Assembly (NCBI GenBank): GCA_016748015.1
Contig: JAAOMT010000046.1
Location: 434,001-498,000 of the forward strand
Origin: Geosiphon pyriformis uo1
Lineage: Eukaryota; Fungi; Glomeromycota
Length of the DNA stretch: 64,000 bases
Reading direction: 5' to 3'
This document shows, piece after piece, positions 1 through 13,326 of this stretch. The translations under genes were made by a program, and so were the position numbers. The stretch's first letter is position 1, and every line of letters begins with the position of its first letter. Below the pieces are notes generated by a model. It worked only from the letters and a program-made list of their open reading frames with translations, had not been told where the DNA came from and did no database searches.

Positions 1-926
1 ACTAAATTCATAATTTAAACATAATTAGCCTTAAGTTTAACTGATTTAAAATTTCAAACCAATATAATTGCTGTTCAGAGATTAGTTAAATGTGTTAAAT
101 ATATATATAACAAGATATTATTATATAATTTTTTAATAAACTGGTTCAAAATTTGTGATATTATATTATAATTAATTTAATTACTTAAATTTAATATAAA
201 CAATAATAATAAAAGTATCTCAAAAAGCTTTAGTATTATTTTAATTATGTACAATAATAGTTTTTTTATATTATTTGGTCAAACTTAAATATTGTTTTCT
301 TTGTTAATAAATTTTTTTAATTTGGCAATTAATACATATGCTATTAATATTACAAATAGAAAAAATAAATAAATTAATAAAAATTTTAGATATATAAATA
401 ATACTAATAGTAAATTTGCTAATATAATTAAAATTATCAAAGTTTGAACAAATTTTAAAGTTTAATTTGCCAAAGTTTAAGATACAATCTGATTTATAAT
501 TGGGTTTTTTTGATTTTTTTCTTTTGATTTGGTGTTTTTTTAATTGTAATTATAACTAAGATTAAGTTTTAATAGCAAAGATTATAATAATAGTAATATA
601 AATAGTTTTGACCAAAATTCTTTAAAGAATTTTTCATATTTTTTTACTAAGTAATTGTTTTTAGAGTAATTTTGAAAAATAAATTTTGGCTTGGCTGTAA
701 ATATTAACACAGTTTTTAATAAAATCTAAATAGTATTATCAGCTATATAATAATAAAATAGTTTAATAATAAAATAATTTAAAGTTTTTTTTTTTTTTTT
801 TTTTATTGTTTAATGAATAAGGCCCAAATGCTATCTAGTACAATACATCAAACTAAGTGATCTAAACTAGGCACAAATCATGCACTTTTTACATGTGACC
901 AGCTACTTAGACCAATTAGAGCAACA

Positions 927-3900
927 CTATAAATCTAACAGAACAAACACTACACTATTAACGCCAACAAAAAAGCAACAATGTTTGCAAAAACCAAAAC
1001 AGATACTAAGAGCCTTAGCAATCCTAAGTAACTTCACAACCCAATCTAAGAATAAACATGACAAACCATGAACTATAGGAAAAGCAGAAACATGATGGGA
1101 AATCAAACTACTCTTCTCCATAAAAGCCCTGTATTTAGCCCTAACCAACCAAATTTCAGCACAGTAAGCAGCACTTATATTCTGAACAAAATTAACAATA
1201 AAATTCTCCACAAACTTAGCATCATCAAAAATAGACAAGGCTTCCAAAAATCATTTCTTAAACAAGAAGCCCTTGCTCACAGTAGTATATAATACATTAT
1301 CAGAAGCACACAATGAAAGCACCTGCAAGATCCGAGAAAAAGAAAAATCCAGACTAAACACAATATGCCAAACAGCCAGATGAGATACAATCAGGTTTTT
1401 ATGGACACCAAAGTTGAACAAACACACAAACAAATGATCAAAACTTTCCATCTTTCCATAGTGAAAACACAAAACACTTGAATAGGCTCTATTATACAAA
1501 TGCTTTTACATAACAACCAACAGATGGTAGTAGAGTGTCTTCAAAAAATATGAATGCAAATTAGCCATAGACTTATAGATAAATTCAGTCACCAAGTATG
1601 AGTCAGGGTGCCAAATTAAAGCAGTGTGAATCTAATCCACATCACTGATCAAGTTTTTATCAACAACATCAGAACATCAGAACCAGGCCCAACTTCCCAA
1701 TGGGCACAATTCACAGATCTGAAAACTTTATAGACAATATGTCGAATGTTACTAGACACTGCCATTTCATTAGTCTTAAAGTACTTTTCTTTTATTAAAA
1801 CAGGAAGCACCAAATCAAAACCAGCAGCCAAACCAGCCAACACATCAATATGTTCATTATCCAAAACACCTGAATGTTTTTTAATCTTGTACCAAAAAAT
1901 GTCAAGTCTTTTCTTCCTAATAAAATTAACAATACCATGCTGCTCTATTCAATAACAATTGTGAAAGACTAGAGAAGCCAAAGCCAATTCAGCAACACAA
2001 GCATCCAAGACAGTCTGACTGTCCAAATAAACTGCAACAGAACTGTCAAGAGGAACACACTCCAGAGCCAGAACAATTGCCTGCAACTTAGCCATAGTAG
2101 AGGATACCAATCCACTAATTTCAATGCCAATGCCCAAATTTAAATTAGAGAAGTATGCAGCTGCTCCATACTTTATCTTACAGAAATCCAAATTTCCCAA
2201 AGATCCATTTGTATAAACATTAATAATGTCCAAATTAATGGCAAAAAGATACTGCCCCAGTTTGAAAACACCATCCAAACCACAAACATTCAAAGACTGC
2301 AAACCAGAAACATGTGACACATCAGAAAGAAAAAATTGAGCCAGAAAGTCTCAAGCCAAACTGAACCAATGAGTGATGAAGCCTCTCGAATTGAGTTTCT
2401 TCCAATAACAAAAGCTCTTCTAATCAAAAATTAAACCCTTTTTGGTATACAGTTTTTTAACAAAAGCAATCCCAAATCTTTTAAGTGATCATAAAACATC
2501 ATAAAACAATGAGCTCTCTAGAATTGTAGACATTAGTGTCCCATCAGCAAAACAGAATGCAGTAAGAGAAAAGTTGTCAAGAGACATATCACAATCCAAA
2601 AAAATTTTGATAACACCAGCCAAAAAATTGTTGACTGAACTAACACATAGCCTAATTAGATGACACAAAGAATAGACAGGCAACCAACTTAAAACTTGCA
2701 GATCCAAAGATCTATGATTGAACAGACAACCAAAAATTCTACTAGTGTTTAAAAAATTTAGCATAGAAGCCAATTTGGATTCGGATTACAACTGCTCAAA
2801 AGATTTTAAGTTATACAAAAATGGATGGTAAAGAGCCTCATTTGAAAAATCTCTAGGTAGCCCAGCTTTAAGTCATAAACCCTTTCTAATTAACATATTC
2901 CACTTAACACATACACTTTTAAAAATGAAACTGAACTGCATCCTATAACTGATAATGAGTTATAGCATTGCTGACACCAGATAAAGGAACTGCTTGTCCG
3001 AAATAGCCTTTTTCAAAACCAAATTGATAAAGAACCTAACATCTGAATAAGTCTTAGCCATATTAGGTAAGGATAATCCTTTGGATGACAAATAGATACT
3101 AAAATATCTATGAAACTCCTCCTTATGAGCAACTAAAATTGGCAGACCACTTATTAACAATAAAGCATTACTAATTCTCTGGTTGATAGAGATGGTCACA
3201 GTTTTTTTATTGTTAATAAAAATATTATTTACCTTGAAAAATTCACTACCAATGTCCAAAATATACTAAGTAGTAGCTCTACTACTCCTTACCCAAATCA
3301 TGTTATCAACAAAAGCATCAGCCACCAGAAACAAAGTCAAACCACCTTGATTTTTTAGCCTGCCAGTCTTAGCAACAAACCTAATGTTAATCTGGTAGCC
3401 ACACAAACTTTTTTGCCTCTTAACTTCACACAAAAGAGAATCATAAAAGATCTTCTACAACAAAGAAAAAAACACCTCACTCTGGACAAGACCATCATGA
3501 ACCTGGTACCTATCAGTCAGACCAAAATCAGTCATAACACAATTAACATAATCATTGTGAATACTGCCAAAAAACCTGATAAAACATTTATACATCTTAA
3601 TTTAAACCAAGCTATTTTACAAGTAATGCCAACTCACAGAATCATAGGCCTTATGCATATCTTATAGAACAAGCCAAAGCTCATGATTTTTTTTCAAAGC
3701 ATCTTCAACAACTGATTCAATGGCAAAAATAAGGGATTGAATAGTAGTGCCTTTTAGCACAGAAAAATTATCACCACAAAGAACATCAAACATACTGCAT
3801 GTCAAAGAAATTCTATCAGACAGTATCTTAGAAAAATTTTTATAAACAGTCTTAATCAAAGCAATTGGCTTAGTATTAGTCAGAACACCTTCCCATTCAT

Positions 3901-5616
3901 AAAGTTTAGGAATCATAGACACCCAAGCTTCCTTCCAAAGATGAGGCACAGACTCATGTACCAAACAGAGATTTAATAAAATCAAGAGTAAACTGAGCAC
4001 AGAGCTATTGCAATGTTTCCAAAGTTTATTCATAATACTAGACAAATTAGCAGCCTTATTATCCAGCAGATTTTTAACCATGTACAACAACTCATTATAA
4101 CCAATGGCATCCATAACTCCAGAAAAAGCACTATTGTCAATGTAATCCAATGGCAGGTATTGACACTGTTACAACTCAGGAACATTTCTCAGCACAACCT
4201 TCTTCCTTGTCCAGCCTTCCATAATTTTGTCAACCTTCTCTTTAATTTCAACCAGATCCAAAATTAAATTACCATTAGAGACCAGATGATCTAATACCAT
4301 CTTGTAAAAAGGGTGTTCTAATACACTATGGATTGTGTGGCCTTTGTCAACCACAAAGCTCTCCATCCTTTTCTCAACAGCCAACCTAATGTTCAACTTT
4401 TTAGCCCACAATAATTCAGCAAGCTTGGAGACATGATAAAATTTCCTTGCATCACAGAGAGCCAAATAAACACAATTTAAATTTGCACTAGAGTGCACAA
4501 GATCTCCAACAATAGAAGCTTTAACACTATCAAAAGAAACCCAGTGCTTCAAAAGAAAGATGAATTGGTCAAGATCTATTTCATGAGAAGCCTTAACAAT
4601 CTTTGAAACCAAAATTTCCAGCCTATAAAACTTCAAAGACTCTTTGATAAAAATCCTATTGTAATCTTTAAACCATTTCTTTTTAAAAGTTCTATTGGCT
4701 GAAAAAGCCATCACTTTGTGAACAATGTCCCACATAGTATCCAAATTCAGAAACCTCTCAGCCAAAACAAATTCATTCAAAAACACAGCAGCATTGGCTG
4801 CTATAGCATTTTTGAACTCACATCATTTCACTTTATTAGCATATTTGATGTCAAATTTCCAATGATTCTTGTTAGTTTGCTTGCACAGTGAGTTAAACTG
4901 CACATCCAGCAAACCACCCAAATCCATGAAAACATAAACAGTATTGTGATTAGTATCAAAATAATTCCCAACATCAGCCATACCACAAACAACCACTGTA
5001 TTAACCAGATTTGAGAAAACAAACAAATAATTAATTGTTTTAGCAACACTCTAAGAATTGCATCAAGTCAGCATTTTTACAAAAGAGCTTCCACTCAAGG
5101 AGTTAACCAAACTTAGATCAAGGCACTTTTTAAAACTGGCACACCTGTGAGATTTATTCTTATTGAAATCACCTTCCAGAATGACAAAAGAGAACTTATT
5201 CACAGTCTTTGCAATTATAGAGTTAATATCACTTGCCTGAAAAAACACATTGCCAGAGATGCCCCAGTATAAAGTCCCAAAATCAACACAAAAAGTTTAT
5301 TCTTGAAAAGTAACCTGATAGAAAGAAGCTGGCCAGAAACATCAATCATCTTATACATATGTCTTGCCAAAAAACTGTTTATGATAATTACAACACCAGA
5401 ATCCAAATAACCAGAGCCCAAACCAAAAATAAAAACCTGAACACCATTAAACTTATTCATAATCTATGGGTGAATTTTATCTCTCAACTTAATCTCAATA
5501 ACAATAGAAATCAAATTGTTTATCTTATTGTGCCAATGAATTATATTATCCTGTTTCACAGAATTGTTCATACTTCTAATATTACATATGACAATTTTCC
5601 AAACCAGATTACTCAT
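927..5616 (-). pseudogene. LINE-A ORF2 (APE endonuclease - reverse transcriptase - RNase H - C-terminal zinc finger), disrupted
   Basis: Fragments: WKIVICNIR and LEGDFN (APE); WKEAWVSMIPK...TKPIALI and AFVDN (RT); VYTNGS...KLQAI...DSQ (RNase H). Many stops and frameshifts. Confidence 0.9.
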
Positions 5617-7550
5617 TGAGGATTAGTAAAAGTTGACAAATCCAAGCCAGAGCATAAATAATTCAATCTTTCCAAAACTGAATTAACCAATACATCCAAT
5701 ACCACCATTTTAGACTCCAAGCTACCCACTTTGGTGGTCAGAATCTTGGAACTATTAGAGCTAAAACCAGACACATCAATATTAATACCAATAAGAGAAG
5801 GAACAGGCAGCATAAACATACTATTCACAGCCATATTCAAATCTAAACCTGAATTCAAAGATACAGAAGCAATAGAAGGGGAAGTCAGAGAAAAAGGCAC
5901 CAAAGGTACCAATTCAATAAAGCTCAACTTTTTCAAAATACCAGAAATTTGGTCTGACAGGAGTTCTACAGAATGTTTCAGAGAGGCCAAATAATTATGC
6001 AAGCCAGAATCACCAGAAAAAGCAAGAATTGCAGAAGAGATCTCAGTATCAGAAGATGAATCAGTACCAAAAGAAAACGAAAGAACCACATGTAAAGAAA
6101 AGCCACTAGCAACTTGGGCCCAAGTTTTACTACCAAAAGAGACTGGGCAGACAATTAGAGTCTGCTTCTTTTTATATATATTGGCTAAACAGATCTGATT
6201 TTAAGAAGATACCACTCACTTACCATGAATTCCAGAATTCTTACCAACCAAACACACATCAAAAATATGACCAAAATGTTTACACTTGGAGCAGCAAGCC
6301 AAAAAAAGACCAGCCCAGTGCAAATTCACACCTCTAAACACAAGAACAAAACCAATAACAGCCAATTTGAATGTTTTATCAGCAAAACACACTGTCACAC
6401 ATCTATCATGCACATATGAATTGGGATTACAGCCAATGAAACAAGTTTTCTTACCATATAATTCCATCAAACCAGAAAGATCATGTGCCATAATTCCAAC
6501 TAGAAAAATATAAAGCAAAGCCTGATGCTGGTCCTTGAATACCCATATTTGTTTATTACCAATGGCTTTTGTCACATGAACAGAATTTTTTCTCATGAAA
6601 ACAAACCATCTAGCTACAACCAAATCAGCTATCTTAAATAATTCATACTTCACCAAAGCTTTTTGCCACAAACTAATCAATTGCATCTTGATTGATACAA
6701 TCTTTTCAAACTTAGAAAAAACAGATTCCACAGCCAATTTGGGAAGATTGACTGGGATCTTCTTGACGATCACTTTCCAATCTGATCAGCTGTTTACCTT
6801 TCTGAGATTATTATTAACAAGAATTTTTTCACAGACTGCCAATTTCTTTGTTTTATTCAGATTAAATTCAGATGTAAATAATGCCCTAATGATTCCAGAA
6901 AATTTTGAGGGAGTGGAGATCCCCTCAAAACCATCAATTTGATAAAAATTTTTTTTGATTGCAATTAATTTATCACTATTTGTTTTTTTAGACACAGCAG
7001 ACAATTCAATATCTAAAGTAAATAATTTGACTGAGTCAAAGCTATGTTTCTCTAAAACACGTAACTTGACAGATGAAAGCTGATTAAATTCAACAAATTT
7101 AGATGCTGGGAGCACCAACTCAGTATTGTTATCACTTATATGTTCAAATAAAAGCTGCTTTGGCAGGTTGTTTAGCATGTATGTCTGTGTACAAGTCTTT
7201 TTCAGCATTGCTTTATCCATATTATCATCCTTACCAAATTCTGCATAACTGGTTTCTTCAGTGACCATGTTCTTCATATTTTTAACATCCAAGAAACCAC
7301 TTACACTGTTAAAGACACTGCCAACTTTGCTTCCCCAGGACACTATAGGCTTAACATTAGCATTATCAATATCTACTAAGCTCAAAGGACCAGCAGATGA
7401 ATTGACCATATTACTGGCTATAGGCATTTTTGGCTTCTTAAACAATAGACCACGAAAGTACATACTATCTATATGAGCTTTTTTCTTGCCACTAGACTGG
7501 GTCCTCAATCCAGCCAAACCAGTATTAGAACTACCAACAGAAGCACCCAC
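5613..7550 (-). pseudogene. LINE-A ORF1 (RRM-like domains + CCHC knuckle), disrupted
   Basis: ORF fragments 6786-7550, 6216-6773 and 5613-6089. RRM-like IVKKIPVNLPKLAVESVFSKFEKI and knuckle CSKCKHFGHIFDVC. Homologous to LINE-C ORF1. Confidence 0.85.
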
Positions 7551-8309
7551 TGGATCTATAGCAACAAAAGAAGGAAAGTTGAAAAAAATAATTAGAAAAA
7601 AAACAAGAGAAAGGAAAAAAAAGACTAATTAAAACTTCAATAAAACTTTATTCTCATTATGGTCAGGAGATCGACAAGAGAAAGTTTTTTTAAAAATAGT
7701 TTTTTTCATAGTAGTAAAACTACTTATTTAAATATCATAATTAAAATTTGTATTAATAAATTGAATCAAAAATTTTTTATAGTAAGTAAAATTTTTTTAA
7801 TATATTTATAAATTATTAAATAAATTTTTACAAATATAGTTGCAAAATTGTATAATAAATAATAATTGAAATATTCCTTAATAACTTCATAAAAATCAGT
7901 TTTTACAGTTTTTATGTTAATTAATTCTTCTATACTGTATCTGATTCTTTTATTAACATAAAAATTAAATATGAATTTTAATAAAAAATGATTAAGAGTT
8001 AATCTTAAATTTTTTTGAAAATGTTTGTATAGTAATTTTGCTAATTTTAAATAATTAATTTTTGTAAATTTTAATTTTGTTATTTTTGCTAATTATTATT
8101 AACTAATATTCTGTTTTTTGTAGATTATATTTTACAAAAAGCACCAAATATTACAACTAGCTTTTTTCAATAGATTTAATTAGTTCTGTAATTTGGTATT
8201 TAGATTTATTATTATTATATTCTGGAGTTTATTTAAAGATTTTAAGTTAAAATTTTTTATATAATCAATAATTAATATAAGTTTTTTTTAGTTTAATAAC
8301 TGATTTATT

Positions 8310-8903
8310 ATTAGTTTAACAAGCAAAATCCAAACACAGCCTAGCACAATACATCATACAAGTGATCTAAATTAGGTGTGAATTATGCATTTCCTACACG
8401 TGACCAGCCACTCAGGCTAGTCAGGACAACACTAGGCACTTATATGTACTAAAACCATGTTACCAATACCTGCAAAGAATAAACAAAATTTATGAAACTT
8501 ACACCAAATACATCTACAATACCCAACAACCTAACCATATTGGCTGAAAGCACTGAAGGAAAACCAGAGATTAAAACAGGAACAGAACTATTATGCGGGA
8601 TCATGCCACTCTTTTCCATAAAAGTCTGGTGTTTAGCATGCACCAGCCAAATATTATTACAAAATGCAAGGCAAAACTCATGCACAAAGGCTATGATATT
8701 CCGAGCTGCAACCTTAGAGTCTTTAAAAACAGCAACAAATTCACAATACCATTCATTGAAAACAAAGCCCTTACATAGAGCTGCACCAATAACAACATTA
8801 GAGATGCAATCAGAAAATAACTGCAAAACACATAAAGAAAAGTAAGACAACCCAAATGTGCCTTCCAAGCAGATGCATAAACTTCCACCAATCAAACATG
8901 ACC
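8310..8903 (-). mobile_element. 5'-truncated LINE (LINE-B): ORF2 C-terminus + 3' tail
   Basis: ORF 8449-8895 matches the ORF2 C-terminus (IWLVHAKH...MEKSG). Shared 3' tail. TSD ACTGATTTATT at 8299-8309 and 8904-8914. Lies inside an old LTR. Confidence 0.88.
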
Positions 8904-11900
8904 ACTGATTTATTTTAGTGTTTATACTCTTTTAATAAACAATCTTAATTTTTATAATTATATTTATGCATTTTTATTAGACAATTCTTAATATTATAAT
9001 TTTAATATTTTTTTTAATTAATTTAATAAACAAAAAAAACAATAAGAAAAAAAATAAATAAAATAGAAATTAATATTTCATTAATAGCTATAATTAAAAG
9101 CTATTATTCTAAAAATATTAAGTTAATGTGTTTAATACTAATAATATCAAATATAAGTATTTGAATTTTAATAAAATAAGTTAAAATTTATAAATAAATA
9201 ATATTATATATTTGTTAATAAATATATTTATTAAATTAGTTATGTTTTAATTAATATAATAATAAAAACTTAACTAATTTCAAAGTAAGTTTGTCTGGTT
9301 TTTTAATGTCTTTTTTTTTATTTCTAATATTTTTGTTATATATATATAAATCTTTATAATACAAAATTTCAGAAATTTTTATAATTTTTTTAAATTATTG
9401 CTGAAATTTTTAATATTTCTGAAATTTCTAATATTTTTACTAGTATTTTTGGCTTTTTAGAATTTCTAAAATTTTTACTGGTATTTTTAAAATTTTTGAT
9501 ATTATATATTTTAATAATTTTTTTTGTTATTAGCTATTTTTTATTAATATTATTTTTTGTTTTTTTATACAAGTAATACTAAATTAATACTAAATTTTTT
9601 TGGCTTCTTTTATATTTAAATTATTGACAATACTAACAGTTTTATAGTTAAACAAAAAAAGGAGTTGAAATATTTAATTAAATAGCAAAATATAAAAAAA
9701 AACAAAAAAACTTTTTTTAAATTTATTATTTTTTTTGAAAATTTGTAACATAAAAAAAAAGAAGTTTTTTGTGTTTTAAATTTTTTTAAAATGTTTTCAG
9801 AAATAATTTAATATATTAAAGCATATTTTTAATATTTTAGTATAATAAATTATTATATATATTATTAAGAATTATAAGAGTTATTTGAAAAATATTTTTA
9901 GAGTAATTAATATTAATATGCTATTTATATTTTTAATATTTTGATTTATAATTATAATAATTATAAATATTAATTTGTTTTTTTGGTTTATAATAATCAC
10001 TAAATTTATATTTAAAATTTTAATGTTTAATATTATTATCTAAATATAATTTAAGTTATTTTCGAATAATTCTAAATTTTTATTGTTTATTATAGATTTT
10101 TATAATTATATTAATCTTTTTTTATAATATAAAAATATAATTAATACAAAAATTTATAATTAAATAAAAAAAATAAATATAATTAATATTTTTATTTTTA
10201 TTAATTTCTTAATTATATTTTTATTTATAACTAAATAAAAAAATAAGAAACTTAAAGTAAATATAATTAAAATTACAATAATTTAATTATATTTTTATTT
10301 ATATTATTTTAAAGTATTTAATAAAGCAATTTTACAAATTTTTAAAATAAAAATAATTTTAATATATATATTTGTATTTTTTATAATTATTTTTATATAT
10401 ATATATTTTTTAAAAACAACTTAAATATTTTTTTTGTGCTAATTTATATTAAATATTTAATATAATATAATATATAAATCAGTTTAATAAAAAAATTATT
10501 CAGATTATTAATTATTTTAAAAAATATAATTTATATTTTACATATAATTTTTTATTTATTTTTATAAAACATGCATTTTTTTAAAGTTTTAAAAACTGTT
10601 TTAAAATAAAATTAGAAATTATATAATAAAATATAATTAATTACACTTATATTGTAATTTATAATTGATTATAAATTATATAAATTATAGATAATTTATA
10701 TATTAATCTTATATTATATGATTAATTAAATTGTTGTAAATTTTTTTATAAAACAAAATATTATATATTTATTAATTAAATTTTAAATTAAAAACCAAAT
10801 ATATAAAACAATTTTAATATTAATAATATTTTTGTAATTATTAATATTTAATAATATACATAAAAACAATTTTATTGAAAAATTTTGTTTAATTTAAGAA
10901 TTTTTGTTTGATCATTAATTGTTTTATTAAATTTTTCAATAATAATAATATTATAATTTTAGTTTATAATATAAAAAATACATAAATTGTATCTATTTTA
11001 AAAAAATTTTAATATATTATAATAAATAATAAATAGATTTTATTTATTAATACAAAATAAAAAAATGCAATAATATTTTTATAAATATATATTTATAAAC
11101 CAAATATATTTAAAAAGAATATATACTTAAAAAATAGCCAATAATAAAATAAATAGTGTTTTACAAATAATTTTTTTAATTGTTTTTTTTTTATATAATT
11201 AATAATTAATTATTACGTTAATTAAAACCACTTATAATATTTAAAACTTAAATTATTTATATATACAAAATATAAAAAATATATGTTTATAAAAACATTA
11301 TTATAATAGTTTTTAATTTAAAAAAACCAATTTATTTAAATAATAAAATATTTAATCACTTTTTATTAAATAATTTTTACAAATTTTTACTAAAAAAATT
11401 GTGTACTTTTGATTTTTTAAAATCTGGTTTAATCTTTTTTTGGCTAATAATATAAACAAAAAAATGCCAAATTTTTTGTTAAAATGGTATTTTTAATTTG
11501 TAATTTTAAAAAACTTTTTTAAAATATTAAAAACATAATTTAAATTTTTGTATTATTTAAATATATCATTTTTAATTGTTTTATTTATAAATTTTGCTTA
11601 ATAAATTTAATAATAAACAATTTATTTTCAATTTATTAAATACTTATTTTAAAAAAAAATTGTAATTATTTTGTTTTAACAAATATATTATTTTGTTATA
11701 ATATGTAATTTTTTAAATAAATAATAAAAGCATTAAAATAAAAAATAGGTTTGATTGCAAAATAATAATTTAAAAAACCATAAAAAATAAAATTTAAACA
11801 AAGTGCAACATATTAAATATTAAAATCGTATAAAAACAAGTTTTAAATCAAAGTTATTTTAAATTATTATATGTTACAATAACAATAAATTTTTAAGTTC

Positions 11901-12357
11901 AACTTGATTTAAACAATATGCATTTTTATGTAATATATATTTGTTGAGTCTTAAAAACTGTTTTGAAAGTTTTTTAGGTTGGTAATTTATATTGAAAATT
12001 AAATAAAAAAAGAGCTTGTAATAATTAAAAATATATAATATTATGATTTTTCTAAGTTTTGTATGTTTATTGAGCTTTTTTAAAAAAGGATTATTTATTA
12101 AACAAAACATATAATAATATAATAATTCAAAATTCAATTTACTGAGCAGTAAATTTATATTGCAAGATTTAAACATTAATAATTTTTTATTTAGAGCAAA
12201 AAAAAATTTCTTTTTGTCAATCAAAATTTATAAATCACGCCGTTCTTTTCATGTGATTGAGACGTTTATAAATAAACATAATTTTTTTGGCTGGGCGAGA
12301 GAATTAATTTAAAATACAAAGTGTAGAGCACTATATATAACTGTTGCCTCTGAAATA

Positions 12358-13326
12358 ATGTCTGAAGGGGAGACAACCTCCGTAATTGAACCTACTCGTG
12401 TTTTTGGCGAGGACCATACAGAGTCCGATCACGAGGAAATTAGCACAACTTTCCCTTTCACTGTCGAGGGAGAAATGCGCACTGTTTTTACTGATCCACA
12501 AAACTTTAATGTGAAACACCCATTATTCAATTCATGGACGTTGTGGTTTGATAACCCTGGCAGAAAAGCAAGTCCGAATACGTGGTCACAAAATCTTAAA
12601 GAGTTGATAACATTCGACTCGGTGGAAGAGTTTTGGGGGTACATCAAAACTTCTCACTTCCTCTTATTAACTAGAAAGACTCTAATTGGTCTTTAATTAA
12701 AATCATTTAGAGTTTATAATAATATTGTTAAATCAAGTGATTTGACATCAGGATCAAATTATCACTTGTTTAAACAAGGAATAAAACCTATGTGGGAAGA
12801 TCAGGCGAATGAAAAAGGTGGCAAATGGGTTATTCAATTTCCAAGAAACAAAACTGGGGAAGATATTAATGATCTATGGCTCTATACGGTGATAAATATT
12901 GTTTATACCAATATTTTTTATCTAGATTAACTTTTACTAAGAATCTAAATTTTTTTTTCTTAATTAATCCTTCACTTTTTAGATGCTGGCGTGTATTGGT
13001 GAGACTTTTGATTTTCCTGATGAGATTTGTGGAGCCGTTGTCTCGGTCCGGAAAATTTTCTACCGAATTTCCCTTTGGACACGTACAACTAATAATGTTG
13101 ATGTGGCAAAAAATTTGGGGTGAGTGACAATAGCAATCTATTATTAAATTATAAATGATTTAATAACATAAGAGTGATCTAATTTTTTCCATTTTCCTTG
13201 CTGTCGATACATAGACGTCATTTGAAAACGACTTTAGGGCTTAATTCTGGTCAAAGCCTCGAGTTTCAACCACATTCTGATTCGATTAAGAGTGGAAGTC
13301 ACAATAAAGAACGTCTAATAGTATAA
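12358..13326 (+). CDS. eIF4E: Eukaryotic translation initiation factor 4E, class I (exons 12358-12638, 12711-12888, 12983-13119, 13215-13326; 235 aa)
   Basis: Three GT-AG introns give a 708-nt open frame. It contains HPLFNSWTLWFD, NTWSQNL, VEEFWG, YHLFKQGIKPMWED, GGKW, DEICGAVVSVRK and RISLWT, i.e. the conserved tryptophans and the cap-binding W-E. Confidence 0.97.

Larger units (their letters stand above)
792..7680 (-). mobile_element. Full-length non-LTR retrotransposon (LINE-A), inactivated
   Basis: PolyT at 785-804 (polyA on the element strand). Candidate 11-bp TSD AAAGTTTTTTT at 781-791 and 7681-7691. Collinear ORF1 and ORF2 fragments homologous to LINE-C. Confidence 0.93.
1..9640 (-). 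mobile_element. Old, heavily decayed Gypsy-like LTR retrotransposon 5' part (LTR ~8149-9640, PBS ~8128-8146, gag relic running to the window start); interrupted by two LINEs
   Basis: Minus-strand TGGTGCTTTTTGTAAAAT next to an LTR-like end (TATTACA at 8149 on the + strand) matches the PBS of the young Gypsy (TGGTGCTCCCTGTAAAGT). 7900-9640 aligns by eye with 54480-57900. 140-240 resembles the gag relic at 53400-53500. Outer boundary is approximate. Confidence 0.55.

Noticed and set aside
12358-12696. eIF4E appearing as fragmented ORFs (possible pseudogene)
   Set aside because: Canonical GT-AG introns join the fragments into an intact 235-aa frame.
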